Of a DNA stretch of 64,000 nt, positions 9,275 through 22,279 are shown piece by piece (within the stretch, counting starts at the first letter, position 1; every line of letters starts with the position of its first letter). This DNA is from an uncultured Puniceicoccaceae bacterium (GTDB taxonomy: Bacteria; Verrucomicrobiota; Verrucomicrobiia; Opitutales; Oceanipulchritudinaceae). The notes beneath the pieces are model-generated. The model did not search any database and was not told where the DNA came from. It worked only from the letters and a program-made list of their open reading frames with translations. The translations under genes were made by a program, and so were the position numbers. The stretch covers positions 320,001 through 384,000 of the forward strand of contig CAWVVV010000001.1 of NCBI GenBank assembly GCA_963933835.1. Reading direction: 5' to 3'.

Positions 9275-10909
9275 TCACTCCTCTGGCGCCTCAAGACTTC
9301 GTAGAACTCTAAAATAGGCAGGGGCTTGAAGTGCTTCCGCTTCCGGAAATAGTAAAGACTCAGTCGTTTCGAGCGTCCATATCCAATCAGTATAATCAGA
9401 GAGGAACGCGGCGTCAGGATGGCTGCCCGTCTGCAGCTTATAGTAAGCCCCTCGAACAGAGTTCCAATCCAACTGAACACTCCCTGCACTGATCTTTGAG
9501 AACGACAAATTGATCGATTCGTCGAGAATACTTCCGTCGAAATAGCGCTTAGCAAGGCCCCACGCGGTAATCCCACAGACTGAACCCATCACTCATCCCG
9601 GACCATCGTCGATCGGAACGTGAATACCACCATACAGTCGAGACAGCCCCGCTTGATCCGCCGCATCGTAGTATGTGCCCCACTGTAGCCGAACATCACT
9701 ACTTGGGCCTGGTTCAAAATTGAGAAATTCGTTTTGAAGGGCAACAAACTCCCCAATGCCACCTGGAAAGAACGCATCACCTGTTATGCGGGTTAGGACC
9801 TCAGCTGCTGCCCGACTAAATGTGCTGTGCCCTGATACATAGCCTGGAAAGGCTGGCGTCACAAAGGTATCACGTTGGTAAGGTAACCAGTCGACTGCTC
9901 GTATCCATTCAACGCTACCCTCCGCCTCATCAGGACCTGCCGACCACGCTCGAATTGCAATCTCACCGACATAGACAGCCAGATGTTCATGATGCATTCC
10001 AGATGCCGAGGTGGCTGGAGTGATCAATTCGATCAATCCATCGACGAGGGGGAGCCCCTCCGGATGGTACGCAGGGCCCAAGGTGTCCGATGACTGCCCC
10101 TTGCCTCCTAGGTAGCGGATGCTACTGATGGGCCTCACGTAATCGTAGATACGTTTAACGCCCCAGGCAGCGATGGCCGAATCATGCAGTGCGCCATTCA
10201 AGGCGAGATACATTTTCACATCCCACTGCAAAGTGTCTATCTCTGGGCCAACCCCAGCAAAGCGTCTTTCGAAATCAGGGTGTTCATGTAGTTCATTTGC
10301 CAAAACATTCCAATGCCCCGGAGGTGTTTCAGACTCAGGCCCATCGGCCCAAAACTCTGCAAGCACGCGGCCGAAATCGGCATGCTTCACAACATTAGAG
10401 TCATAGGCCGCATTGATTGCAGGATTCAATGGGTGACCAAGCCCATCATTGGACCCGAGGGTATTGTTCCCAATCGCGCCAGGGGATATATCAATATTCA
10501 ACGACTGACTTGGGTCGAGCAGACTACTGTATCCGATCACTGATACGTTCCCATCTTTAAACTCCGCGTCTCTTGTCCCACCCAAAAACGGCGGCGGACC
10601 CGGATCGAGATGTAGCCATTCATTCTCTCCAAGCGAGCTCAACGCAAACGGCCGAACCCCTCCCCAGTGTGGACCCAAGATCGTCTGCACGAGATCCGTA
10701 GTCTGTTCGTTTTGGGTAAACGCGACTTCAAAGAGAAGTGGTTGCCAACGATTCGGATCGGCCATAACCGTCCGGCTCTCGGCTAGAGGCAAAGGATCGT
10801 TCTGAGGAATATAGGCACCATCGAAGAATCCATCTAGATCATCCCACCCATCTGATTCCGCGTAAGCCAATACGGCCGTCGTGCCGAACGATCCGTCAAT
10901 AGCGCTCAA
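9275..10909 (-). pseudogene. Vanadium-dependent haloperoxidase / PAP2-superfamily protein, 5'-truncated with an internal nonsense codon
   Basis: EFWADGP-SETPPGHW, AAWGVKRIYDYVRPIS, TPAFPGYVSGHSTFS, SRLYGGIH. ORFs 9593-10909 and 9275-9592 share a frame and are separated by one TGA (DDGPG*VMG). No N-terminal region or signal peptide. Confidence 0.8.
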
Positions 10910-11342
10910 TTTCGAATTCTACACCAAGCGTCCGCTCCTTAACTTCGAGATCCAAGGCTTTTACTCCGAAGCCGAGCGCGCAGAACTCGTCGCCGAGGCT
11001 CTCGAAGAAACACTGCTCTCAGAGTGGAATAAGCGACCGGAACCCGTGCGCGAGCCCTACACCCGCGAACGCCCTCGAATCCTACGGCAATTGGCCAACG
11101 ATACTGGAATTGCCACTCAAGACACCGAGGGCAACTCGCTCCCGCTCGAAGAGATTGAATCATCACTCTTAGAGACCGTTGCGATCGAAGATGATGCCCT
11201 CCTCGAGCTTGCTTCTGAGCGCGCCAGCTCCGTTCAAAAAGCCATGATTGCCAAGGGGTTTGCTGCGAACGACCTCTCCCTTCTAGCTCCACAGGAAACC
11301 GACGAGCTGAAGGCATTCGTTCGCCTAGGGATTCGCCCATAG
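10881..11342 (+). pseudogene. C-terminal fragment of a DUF748-type protein (OmpA-like tail)
   Basis: KRPLLNFEIQG and DDALLELASERASSVQKAM...VRLGI resemble the C-termini of DUF748 proteins. The large N-terminal part is absent. Confidence 0.55.
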
Positions 11343-11526
11343 ATCTGGCGGCGTATTAGATTTTCTGTTATCAGGATATTCAGTCCTTTTACTTATAAGG
11401 GTTACTAATTTCATGTGTTTAGAATCCCTCGACCCTTAATCCTTTCGGGAAGGTGGCCGGATTCGGTTGTTTTTAGAAAAGAGCAACCTAATGATTATTA
11501 ACTGGTCCTCAAATGAGGCATCAACC

Positions 11527-14334
11527 ATGAGCAACCCTACATTCGCGAACCGTTGGAACGCCGATCTAATCGACGAGCGCTACGCCCAATGGCAAGAAAG
11601 TCCCGACTCACTTGACGCCACTTGGCGGGCCTTTTTTGAGGGCTTTGAGCTAGCTTCCGAACACGCTACGAGCAATGGGGGGAGCGTCCCCTCCAGCTCA
11701 ACGTCGCCCGCTGCGACCTTGCCACCGAACAAGGGCTACACGCGCAACCCGCTCCCGACAGAGGATCGCGACCTCGCGATGAAGCAGGCACGCTTCACGG
11801 GTGCGATCTATGCCTACCGCTCAATAGGGCACACTCAGGCCGCGATCAATCCACTCTCCAAAGAGTTTGTTCCCAACCCCCGCCTCAGCCTCGAACGCCT
11901 CGGGTTTTCGCAGGACGACCAGGAAGAGAACTTCTGGAGTGGAAACTACATGGATGGCCAAGAGCTCTCCGTGCGCGAACTCCTCGACCGTCTCAAACAG
12001 ACCTACTGCGGATCTATCGGAGTCGAATATCTCCATATCCAAGAAACGCATCTGCGCCGCTGGCTTCAGGCCAAAATGGAGCCAAGCTGCAACCATCCAG
12101 ACTTACCTGACGCAAAGAAAAAGCGCATCCTTGACCGCATCATCAAGGCCGAGGAATTCGAGCAATTCCTCCACTCCCACTTCCCTGGTCAAAAGCGCTT
12201 CGGTCTCCAAGGTGGAGAGACCATTATAGCGGCCCTCGATGGACTGCTTGAACATGGCCCGAGTGTCGGCGTTTCTGAATACGTTCTCGGAATGGCTCAC
12301 CGAGGTCGCCTCAACGTTCTCTCTAGTATCCTTCGCAAAAGTTTCGCATACATCTTTCACGAGTTCTCTCCCAACTATCAGCCCGACACCACGTTCGGAG
12401 ACGGCGATGTAAAATACCACCTCGGCTTCGAAGGCGAATTACTGAATACAAAGGAAGAGCTTGTTAAGGTTCATCTGGCCGCTAACCCGAGCCACTTGGA
12501 AGCCGTCAATCCCGTCGTCGAAGGTCGCGCGCGCGCGCTCCAGCGCCTCCTCGATGATACCGAGAAGCGCAATAAGGTCGTCCCTATCCTCATTCACGGT
12601 GACGCTGCCTTTGCTGGTCAGGGCATCGTCGCAGAAGTCCTCAACTTCTCTCAGCTCCCCGGCTACAGTACCGGTGGAACGATCCACTTCATCATCAATA
12701 ACCAGATCGGATTCACCACCGATCCAACAGAGGCGCGTAGCTCACGCTATTGCACCGATGTGGCTAAGATGATCGAAGCACCTATTTTTCACGTCAACGG
12801 TGACGATCCTGAAGCGATGCTTCATGCCACCGAGATGGCACTCGAATTCCGGCAGGAGTTCGGTCGCGATGTCGTCATCGACATGTATTGCTACCGCCGC
12901 CTCGGTCATAACGAAAGCGACGAGCCAGCGTTTACGCAGCCCAACCTTTACAAGAGCATCAAGAACCACCCAACCGTCGTTGACCTCTACCAGCGCAAGC
13001 TGATCGATGAAGGCACCCTCACGGCCGACGAAGTCAAAGCAGTCAAAGACCGCTGGCAGGGTGGCATGAAGAAGTTTTTTGAAGAAACGAAGGCACGCGA
13101 AGAAGCTGGGGAAACAATTATTGAGCCACGGGACGGCCCTGTAGCGAATTACCAACCTGCATACGCGTTCAAAGACATCGAAACGCAGATCCCTCGAGAT
13201 AAGCTCGATCATCTCGCCCACGGCCTCGTCCGCATCCCGGAGGACTTCAACGTCAATCCGAAGATCAAGCGACAGCTCGCAACCAAGTTAAAAAAGTACG
13301 AGAGCGATAGCGGCATCGACTGGTCCTTTGCGGAATCCCTCGCCTGGGGTGGACTCATGATGGAAGGGATCGACGTGCGCCTCTCCGGCCAAGATGTCGC
13401 TCGCGGCACCTTCAGTCAGCGACACGCCGTGTTTTACGACGCCAAGACCCGAGAGAAACACCTCCCATTGCTCGAAATGGAAGGCCGGACCGGCAAACTG
13501 TGTGTGCACAATTCCTGCCTTTCTGAGGTAGCCGTCCTCGGTTTCGACTACGGCTATTCACTGGACTACCATAATATGCTCTGCATGTGGGAAGCGCAGT
13601 TCGGTGACTTTGTAAATGGGGCTCAAGTCATCATCGACCAGTTTATAAGCTGTTCCGAATCAAAGTGGACCCGAGTCAGTGGTCTCGTCATGCTTCTACC
13701 ACACGGCTACGAAGGCCAAGGGCCAGAGCACTCAAGCGCACGCCTCGAACGATTCCTCCAGCTCTGCGCCGAGGACAACATCCAAGTCGCGAACTGCTCT
13801 ACTCCAGCCCAGTATTTCCACATTCTGCGGCGCCAAATGCACCGCGACTTCCGCAAGCCACTCATTCTCATGACCCCGAAAAGCCTCCTCCGTCACAAGG
13901 AATGCGTATCCAGTATCTCAGACTTCACTGACACCGGCTTCAGCTCAATCCTCGCTGACGTAGAGCCACCTAAAAAAGCAAATCGCGTCATTCTCTGCTC
14001 CGGCAAGGTCTACTACGACCTTCTCGCCTATCGTCGTGAAAACTCCATTACAGACACAGCGATCGTGCGCATCGAGCAGTTCTATCCTTTTAATTCTGAG
14101 CGTCTAAAAAAGATTATTAACAAATACCAGGGCGCTGAGACCATCGTATGGTGCCAGGAGGAGTCGAAAAACATGGGAGCTTGGTCATTTCTTAAGCCCT
14201 ACTTCGACGAAGCCCTCGATTCCGGCGTCCTCTATGCCGGACGCACAGCATCTGCTAGCCCCGCGGTCGGCAACCTCCACACCCACACCGTCGAGCAAAA
14301 CGAGCTCATCCAAGACGCTTTCACACAAAACTAA
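11527..14334 (+). CDS. sucA: 2-oxoglutarate dehydrogenase E1
   Basis: [78 protein letters not shown]. Confidence 0.98.
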   Translation: MSNPTFANRWNADLIDERYAQWQESPDSLDATWRAFFEGFELASEHATSNGGSVPSSSTSPAATLPPNKGYTRNPLPTEDRDLAMKQARFTGAIYAYRSIGHTQAAINPLSKEFVPNPRLSLERLGFSQDDQEENFWSGNYMDGQELSVRELLDRLKQTYCGSIGVEYLHIQETHLRRWLQAKMEPSCNHPDLPDAKKKRILDRIIKAEEFEQFLHSHFPGQKRFGLQGGETIIAALDGLLEHGPSVGVSEYVLGMAHRGRLNVLSSILRKSFAYIFHEFSPNYQPDTTFGDGDVKYHLGFEGELLNTKEELVKVHLAANPSHLEAVNPVVEGRARALQRLLDDTEKRNKVVPILIHGDAAFAGQGIVAEVLNFSQLPGYSTGGTIHFIINNQIGFTTDPTEARSSRYCTDVAKMIEAPIFHVNGDDPEAMLHATEMALEFRQEFGRDVVIDMYCYRRLGHNESDEPAFTQPNLYKSIKNHPTVVDLYQRKLIDEGTLTADEVKAVKDRWQGGMKKFFEETKAREEAGETIIEPRDGPVANYQPAYAFKDIETQIPRDKLDHLAHGLVRIPEDFNVNPKIKRQLATKLKKYESDSGIDWSFAESLAWGGLMMEGIDVRLSGQDVARGTFSQRHAVFYDAKTREKHLPLLEMEGRTGKLCVHNSCLSEVAVLGFDYGYSLDYHNMLCMWEAQFGDFVNGAQVIIDQFISCSESKWTRVSGLVMLLPHGYEGQGPEHSSARLERFLQLCAEDNIQVANCSTPAQYFHILRRQMHRDFRKPLILMTPKSLLRHKECVSSISDFTDTGFSSILADVEPPKKANRVILCSGKVYYDLLAYRRENSITDTAIVRIEQFYPFNSERLKKIINKYQGAETIVWCQEESKNMGAWSFLKPYFDEALDSGVLYAGRTASASPAVGNLHTHTVEQNELIQDAFTQN

Positions 14335-14360
14335 TCGCGCGCACCCTTCCCCCTCATTTC

Positions 14361-15554
14361 ATGGCAACAGAAGTCATCGTCCCTACCCTCGGAGAGTCTA
14401 TCTCATCCGGTATCCTAGCACAGTGGCACGTCGCCGATGGCGACTATGTCGAGAGCGGCCAAGCCCTCTTTGATCTAGAAACTGATAAAATCACCTCGGA
14501 AGGCACCGCCGACGTTGCAGGCGTCGTCTCGCACAAAGTCGAAGAAGGCGACGAAGTGGATGTCGGATCGGTCATCGCCACGATCGATGAAAGTACATCT
14601 GCGCCAGCAGGCAGCACGGAAGAAGCAACACCTTCCGAAGAGGCCGCGCCCGCAGCTTCAGCTAAAGAGCATCCCGACTCGCCTGCCGTGCGCCGCATAG
14701 CCGAAGAATCAGGCATCGACTCGAAGTCTGTCACCGGCACTGGCAAAGAGGGTCGCGTGACTAAAGGTGACATGCTGGCCGCCGAGAAAGCACCCAAAGC
14801 GAGTGCTCCAGCTCCAGCCGCGAAACCAGCTCCCGTTAAAGCGGCCGCACCGGGCGAGCGCACGACGCGCAAAAAGATGACACCACTGCGCCGCACAATT
14901 GCTAAGCGCCTTGTCGCCGCCCAGCAGTCCACCGCCATGCTCACGACCTTCAACGAAGTGGATATGTCCGCTGTAATGAAGATCCGCAAGCTGCACCAAG
15001 AAGACTTCGTGAAGAAGAATGGCCTCAAGCTTGGCTTCATGAGTTTCTTCACCAAGGCCGTCGTCCACGCCCTCGAAGCCGTCCCTGCGGTCAATGCTCA
15101 GATCGAAGGCGACGAGATCATTCAAAACCACTATTACGATGTCAGTATCGCGGTGAGTACCCCCAAGGGTCTCATGGTTCCCGTCATCCGTGATTGTGAC
15201 TCGAAAGGATTCGCTCAGATCGAACAAGACATCATCACCTACGCCACCAAGGCCCGTGATGCGAAAATCGCCATGGACGACCTCCAAGGCGGCGTCTTCA
15301 CCATCACCAACGGCGGAATTTTCGGCTCGATGCTTTCAACCCCGATCCTCAACCAACCGCAGTCGGCTATCCTTGGCATGCACACCATCCAAGAACGTCC
15401 CGTTGCCGTGAACGGTGAAGTGGTCATCCGTCCAATGATGTATTTGGCCCTTTCTTACGATCACCGCATCGTCGATGGCAAAGAAGCTGTCACCTTCCTC
15501 GTTAAGGTGAAACAAGCCATCGAAGACCCAACTCGACTTCTCTTCGGTATCTAA
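14361..15554 (+). CDS. sucB: Dihydrolipoyllysine succinyltransferase E2
   Basis: Lipoyl domain LETDKIT, E3-binding [12 protein letters not shown], catalytic [10 protein letters not shown]. Confidence 0.98.
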   Translation: MATEVIVPTLGESISSGILAQWHVADGDYVESGQALFDLETDKITSEGTADVAGVVSHKVEEGDEVDVGSVIATIDESTSAPAGSTEEATPSEEAAPAASAKEHPDSPAVRRIAEESGIDSKSVTGTGKEGRVTKGDMLAAEKAPKASAPAPAAKPAPVKAAAPGERTTRKKMTPLRRTIAKRLVAAQQSTAMLTTFNEVDMSAVMKIRKLHQEDFVKKNGLKLGFMSFFTKAVVHALEAVPAVNAQIEGDEIIQNHYYDVSIAVSTPKGLMVPVIRDCDSKGFAQIEQDIITYATKARDAKIAMDDLQGGVFTITNGGIFGSMLSTPILNQPQSAILGMHTIQERPVAVNGEVVIRPMMYLALSYDHRIVDGKEAVTFLVKVKQAIEDPTRLLFGI

Positions 15555-15579
15555 GACCCCCCTCTTTTAGAAAGACATT

Positions 15580-16980
15580 ATGAGCGACTCATCGTTTGAC
15601 CTCGTCGTTATTGGCTCGGGCCCTGGAGGCTATGTCTGCGCGATCCGCGCAGCTCAACTCGGCCTCAAAACCGCCATCATCGAGAAAGACTCTAACCTCG
15701 GCGGCACCTGCCTGAATGTTGGCTGTATTCCGAGCAAAGCGCTCCTTCACTCATCGCACCTTTTCCACCAAGCCGCCCACGGCGAAGTCCACGGAATCAA
15801 AGCCAAGGGCATCGAGCTCGACCTGACGGCGATGATGAAGCGCAAAGACGGCGTGGTCGAGCAACTGCGTGGTGGCGTCGGCATGTTGCTCAAGCAACGC
15901 GGTGTATCCATTTTTAAAGGACACGGTAGCTTTGTCGGCCCCGGAAAAATTGAAATCAAAGGCGACAAAAGCACTGAAACGATCGAGGCAAAGAACACTG
16001 TTATCGCAACCGGCTCCGTTCCGGTAGAACTACCCTTTCTGAAGTTCGACGGCGATAAAGTCGTCTCCAGCGACCACGGGATTGCCTTCGACGAAGTGCC
16101 TAAGCGCCTCGTCGTGATTGGCGGTGGAGCGATCGGCCTTGAGCTCGGTTCCGTCTGGGCGCGCCTCGGCAGCGAGGTGAGCATCGTAGAATTCCTCCCT
16201 TCTATCGCTGGCGGGCTCGATGCTGATATCAGCAAGCTCGTCGAACGTATCTTTAAGAAACAGGGCCTCAAGATTCACACCCAAACAAAGGTGACCGAAG
16301 CAAGCGTCACCGCAAAGGGCGTCACGCTCAAAGCCGAGAAGAAGGGCAAGCCGATCGAATATGAAGCCGACAAGGTGCTCGTATCCGTTGGGCGCAAAGC
16401 TTTCACCGGGACTGTCGGTCTCGATAAAGTCGGCGTTAAAACCGATGAACGCGGACGTATTGTAGTGGACGAAAAGCTACGCACGGGTGTCGATGGCATC
16501 TGGGCGATCGGCGATGTCATCGCCGGGCCGATGCTGGCCCACAAAGCTGAGGAAGATGGCGTTGCTGTCGCCGAATGGATCGCAGGCAAGGCAGGCCACA
16601 CCGACTGGGATGCCGTTCCAGGAGTGATCTACACCGAGCCTGAAATCGCTACGGTAGGACTTTCCGAAGCCGCCGCGAAGGAAGCGGGCATACCGGTAAA
16701 AATCGGCAAGTTTCCACTGCAAGCAAACGGCCGGGCGATCGCGCAAGCCGCCACTGACGGCATCGCAAAGCTGGTCGCACACGCTGAAACGGATCGCCTC
16801 CTCGGCGCTACAATTGTTGCGGCCGGTGCTTCCGAGATGGTCGCATCGATCAGTGCGCACATGGTCTACGGCGGAAGCGCAGAGGACCTCGCCCGCACGG
16901 TTCACGCCCATCCGACGATCTCCGAATCGATCAAGGAATCGGCTATGGCAGTTGACGGATGGTCGATCCATTCCCTTTGA
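15580..16980 (+). CDS. lpdA: Dihydrolipoyl dehydrogenase E3
   Basis: GSGPGGY, GGTCLNVGCIPSK, MLAHKAEEDG, HAHPTISE. Confidence 0.98.
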   Translation: MSDSSFDLVVIGSGPGGYVCAIRAAQLGLKTAIIEKDSNLGGTCLNVGCIPSKALLHSSHLFHQAAHGEVHGIKAKGIELDLTAMMKRKDGVVEQLRGGVGMLLKQRGVSIFKGHGSFVGPGKIEIKGDKSTETIEAKNTVIATGSVPVELPFLKFDGDKVVSSDHGIAFDEVPKRLVVIGGGAIGLELGSVWARLGSEVSIVEFLPSIAGGLDADISKLVERIFKKQGLKIHTQTKVTEASVTAKGVTLKAEKKGKPIEYEADKVLVSVGRKAFTGTVGLDKVGVKTDERGRIVVDEKLRTGVDGIWAIGDVIAGPMLAHKAEEDGVAVAEWIAGKAGHTDWDAVPGVIYTEPEIATVGLSEAAAKEAGIPVKIGKFPLQANGRAIAQAATDGIAKLVAHAETDRLLGATIVAAGASEMVASISAHMVYGGSAEDLARTVHAHPTISESIKESAMAVDGWSIHSL

Positions 16981-16998
16981 TGGTGCCCGAACCATCCA

Positions 16999-17655
16999 GT
17001 GAAATCTGTCGAACTCATCACTTTTGATCTCGGAGGGACGCTCCTTAGCCCCTTCCCCACCGTCGGAGAAGCCTATGCCGAGGAGCTGGAAGACCTCGGA
17101 TATATCTGCGACCCAACACGCCTGCAGAGCCGCTTCGACTCGGCGATACAGGACTGGATGCAGTACCATGGCCAAGGCAACAGTCGGGATGACCGCGAAA
17201 GCTGGCTTTCGATTGTCCGGACAACGATCGCGGAAGAGAACATCCCCGAAGACAGTTTCGCCCGCGTCTTCGAGCAACTCTACGAAGCTTTTGCCCATGC
17301 TTCACGATGGAGCATTCACGATGGCACCCGCGACGCGTTAGAGACCCTCACCGCTCGGGGGGTTCGCTTGGCTGTCGCGAGCAATAATGACACCCGCGCC
17401 CGCCAAGTTCTGAAAGAACACCAGCTGATCGATTTCTTTGAAGCTCTCTTCCTTTCTGGCGAGATTGGCTTTGAAAAGCCCGACGAGCGCTTCTTTGCCC
17501 ACATCAGCGAAGTTACGCGCGTCCCGCCTGAGAACATCCTCCATATCGGCGACAGTCCTCGCCACGATTTCGACGGCGCAAGAAACGCTGGGATGCAGGC
17601 GTATATTGTCTCCACCTTTGGCCATTCGCTGAACGATTTCATCGAGCAGTTCTGA
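16999..17655 (+). CDS. HAD-superfamily hydrolase (REG-2/HDHD3-like)
   Basis: TFDLGGTL (motif I with the second Asp as Gly), VASNND, EKPDERFF, LHIGDS-HDFDGA. Confidence 0.85.
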   Translation: MKSVELITFDLGGTLLSPFPTVGEAYAEELEDLGYICDPTRLQSRFDSAIQDWMQYHGQGNSRDDRESWLSIVRTTIAEENIPEDSFARVFEQLYEAFAHASRWSIHDGTRDALETLTARGVRLAVASNNDTRARQVLKEHQLIDFFEALFLSGEIGFEKPDERFFAHISEVTRVPPENILHIGDSPRHDFDGARNAGMQAYIVSTFGHSLNDFIEQF

Positions 17656-17665
17656 GAAAACGCCG

Positions 17666-18034
17666 ATGCCTTTTTCCCGCTACATCGAAAACCTCATCTC
17701 GAACTTTCGCGACGTTCCACGCAAGCGGTCGAGAATGATCGACCGTGGGGCCAAGCCCATCGATTCACTCATCGAGGTCTGTCTTGAGCGCCACCATATC
17801 GGGAAAGAGACACCAGAGGAATGTGTCCTCAGTCACTGGACTCAGATCGTCGGGGAACGCCTCGCAGGGCGGTGTAGCCCACAGCGCATCAATGCCCGCC
17901 AATACCTCATCATTGCGGTTTCTAACTCCAGTCTGCGCCGCGAACTGCAATTCCACGAAGATCGCATCATGACCGCGCTGCGTTCGATTGAAGGCTGCTC
18001 GCACATTCGCGGGGTTATCTTTCGGGCAGGCTGA
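17666..18034 (+). CDS. DUF721 / DciA-family protein
   Basis: WTQIVGERLAGRCSP...LIIAVSNSSLRRELQF...I-GVIFR. Confidence 0.8.
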   Translation: MPFSRYIENLISNFRDVPRKRSRMIDRGAKPIDSLIEVCLERHHIGKETPEECVLSHWTQIVGERLAGRCSPQRINARQYLIIAVSNSSLRRELQFHEDRIMTALRSIEGCSHIRGVIFRAG

Positions 18035-18036
18035 GA

Positions 18037-18177
18037 AATGGTGAATTTTGAATAATGAATGATGAATGGATCTGAAACTACGGGCGAATATGGCCTAAAA
18101 GACTCTCTTCATTCACAATTCATCACTCATCATTCAATATTCCCCATTCACAATTCATCATTCAAAATTCACCATTC
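18037..18177. repeat. Inverted pair of TCANNAT heptamer tandem arrays
   Basis: AATGGTG-AATTTTG-AATAATG-AATGATG (18037-18069), spacer, then about 9 units TCACAAT-TCATCAC-TCATCAT-TCAATAT-TCCCCAT-TCACAAT-TCATCAT-TCAAAAT-TCACCAT (18109-18177). Confidence 0.9.
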
Positions 18178-18230
18178 CTCATTTATTCTGCTTGATCCCT
18201 GACGGAATTTCAGCACTTTGCTCCTCCTTG

Positions 18231-18360
18231 CGTCGAGAAGGCAGTGGCGGCCAGCGCTGCTCCCTTCCACGATCAGCCTCTCATCCGAGGGGTTAAAGAC
18301 GGTCCGCCCGGTTTCGGCTTGGCAGACGATAGATCACCTTGATCTGTCCTTTGATCGCGA
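18231..18360 (+). promoter_or_regulatory. Candidate structured rpsO leader RNA
   Basis: Nested stems: CGATCA/TGATCG enclosing AGCCTCTC/GAGGGGTT, GTCCGCC/GGCAGAC and GATAGATCA/TGATCTGTC, plus a 5' GCAGTG/CGCTGC hairpin. Lies immediately upstream of rpsO. Confidence 0.55.
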
Positions 18361-18376
18361 AATCAACACACATCAC

Positions 18377-18646
18377 ATGGCAAAGCCACAAATCATTAAA
18401 GATAGCGTAATCACTGATTACCGCACCCACGAAAAGGACACCGGTTCTTCCGAAGTCCAGATCGCCCTCCTCACGCAGCGCGTCGCTCACCTCACTGAGC
18501 ACCTCCGCACAAATCGTAAAGACTTCCACAGCCGTCGCGGACTCATCGCGATGACCAGTCGCCGTCGTAAGCTCCTCGACAACCTGAAGAAGAACGATCT
18601 CGAGAAGTACAAAACGATCATTGAGCGCCTCGAGCTCCGCCGCTAG
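18377..18646 (+). CDS. rpsO: 30S ribosomal protein S15
   Basis: HEKDTGSSEVQIALLT...KDFHSRRGL...RRKLL...LELRR. True start at ATG 18377. Confidence 0.98.
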   Translation: MAKPQIIKDSVITDYRTHEKDTGSSEVQIALLTQRVAHLTEHLRTNRKDFHSRRGLIAMTSRRRKLLDNLKKNDLEKYKTIIERLELRR

Positions 18647-18677
18647 GTCGATTCAAGAGTTCAATTTTTTATACACT

Positions 18678-18710
18678 AGGCCACCTCTACACGAGGTGGC
18701 CTTTTTGTTT
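18678..18710 (+). terminator. Intrinsic terminator after rpsO
   Basis: AGGCCACCTC-tacac-GAGGTGGCCT followed by TTTTGTTT. Confidence 0.9.
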
Positions 18711-18715
18711 GGCTA

Positions 18716-19259
18716 GGGCCCTCCAAAACGCAGTTCAGATAATGCAGTCTTCAATACGCTAATTCTCAGAGCGAGCAACATACCAATCTCTGGAGTTACG
18801 AGCTTTACTATGTCTGTGGACTTTCTTACTCCCAATACTGAAGACTGGGACACTTCAGACGAACTCATTGTAACCTATTCGGCAGATGGTGGAGCTACGA
18901 CAGGCAATGTGCTAGCGGTGCAAAGCATTTCAGATGGTGATGCATTCAACGCACCTGCGGCGATCGATTACGGTTTTGATGGTGAAGGCGATGTAGGTTT
19001 CGAACTTCCCGCACTAATTGATGATGTTTCGGCTGGTGTTGGCTCACTCTTTCAAACATTTACAAGCGACTCGATTGGCGTATCTGCTACGACTATGGAC
19101 GTCGTCTTTCAGTTTAACGGGCTGACCTCAGCTGCGGAGGGACTTTATCTCGATAATATCACTTTCATCGACGTTTCTAAGATTCCTGAGCCTAATGCAC
19201 TTTCACTAGTGATCGGATTTCTTGGAATGAGCATCATCCTCGTTCGCCGCCGCGCTTAA
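18716..19259 (+). pseudogene. PEP-CTERM protein remnant lacking its N-terminus
   Basis: Ends IPEPNALSLVIGFLGMSIILVRRRA. The frame is open upstream of ATG 18810 only back to a TAG next to the rpsO terminator, and there is no signal peptide. Confidence 0.7.
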
Positions 19260-19281
19260 AGCGTTCTTCTTTAAGATTTTC

Positions 19282-19313
19282 AAAAGCCGCTGGGTTCGCC
19301 TAGCGGCTTTTTT
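19282..19313 (+). terminator. Intrinsic, possibly bidirectional, terminator
   Basis: AAAAGCCGCTGGG-TTCG-CCTAGCGGCTTTTTT. Confidence 0.88.
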
Positions 19314-19456
19314 GTGCTCAAAACTTGTCCAATGACTACTGGCAGTGTTCCATACGCAGGTGAGCGCACGAGAATAACCCTCTTTACGGCTTGCAGAGAA
19401 GGTTCCTTGCTCCACCCTACACCGCTTAACCCTGACATTTTTGGATAATGTCTCTT

Positions 19457-19527
19457 CCGCAGGAAGTCCGCTTGGTGAAGCTTAAGCTCCTTCAAAACCC
19501 TGCATTCCCCAAGCGAACTTCCTGAGG
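19457..19527 (+). promoter_or_regulatory. Long stem-loop in the pnp leader (candidate RNase III site)
   Basis: CAGGAAGTCCGCTTGGTGAA pairs with TTCCCCAAGCGAACTTCCTG with two mismatches, about 80 nt upstream of pnp. Confidence 0.55.
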
Positions 19528-19607
19528 CTGTGTTCCAAAAGTGACAGAGGTTATTGATATGCTCGCGTGCAGAGTGCGCCCGGGCCCTAACCTCATAATA
19601 CAAGCAC

Positions 19608-22025
<2,418 letters not shown>

Positions 22026-22049
22026 GCACTAGCACTCTAACTCTATTTC

Positions 22050-22084
22050 AGCCCGCTTGGACACATGTCTAAGCGGGCTTTTTT
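22050..22084 (+). terminator. Intrinsic terminator after pnp
   Basis: AGCCCGCTTGGACA-ca-TGTCTAAGCGGGCT followed by a T-tract. Confidence 0.9.
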
Positions 22085-22130
22085 ATGCCCAAATCTTTCT
22101 AAACATCTTAAAGAAAGTTGTTGAGCAGCA

Positions 22131-22251
22131 TTGGAGGGACAGGCTCCTGCCTGTCCGCTACGTGGCCTATGTTGTTCTTAAACATAGCGGACCGAAAGGA
22201 GCCGGTCCCTCCAAGCGCCAAAATACACACATCCGTGTTCATCCGGGGTTT
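22131..22251. repeat. Inverted REP-like doublet plus ATCCGTG decamer doublet
   Basis: TTGGAGGGACAGGCTCCTGCCTGTCCGCTACGT and, inverted, TTGGAGGGACCGGCTCCTTTCGGTCCGCTATGT; each is internally palindromic. Followed by ATCCGTGTTC-ATCCGGGGTT (22231-22250). Confidence 0.8.
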
Positions 22252-22279
22252 AACAATTCGAAACCAAAAGTCTCTAGCG

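Noticed and set aside
9593..9595. In-frame TGA as stop-codon reassignment or selenocysteine
   Set aside because: TGA terminates intact genes here (lpdA, gpgS, the kinase), the gene is also 5'-truncated, and another pseudogene has an in-frame TAA. Decay is the simpler explanation.
7587..11342. Genomic island integrated at tRNA-Gly
   Set aside because: No integrase and no duplicated tRNA 3' end were noticed, and the housekeeping gene rsmE follows closely.
18037..18177. Heptamer arrays as a CRISPR array
   Set aside because: Units are 7 bp and tandem, with no 25-40 bp repeats separated by unique spacers and no cas genes.
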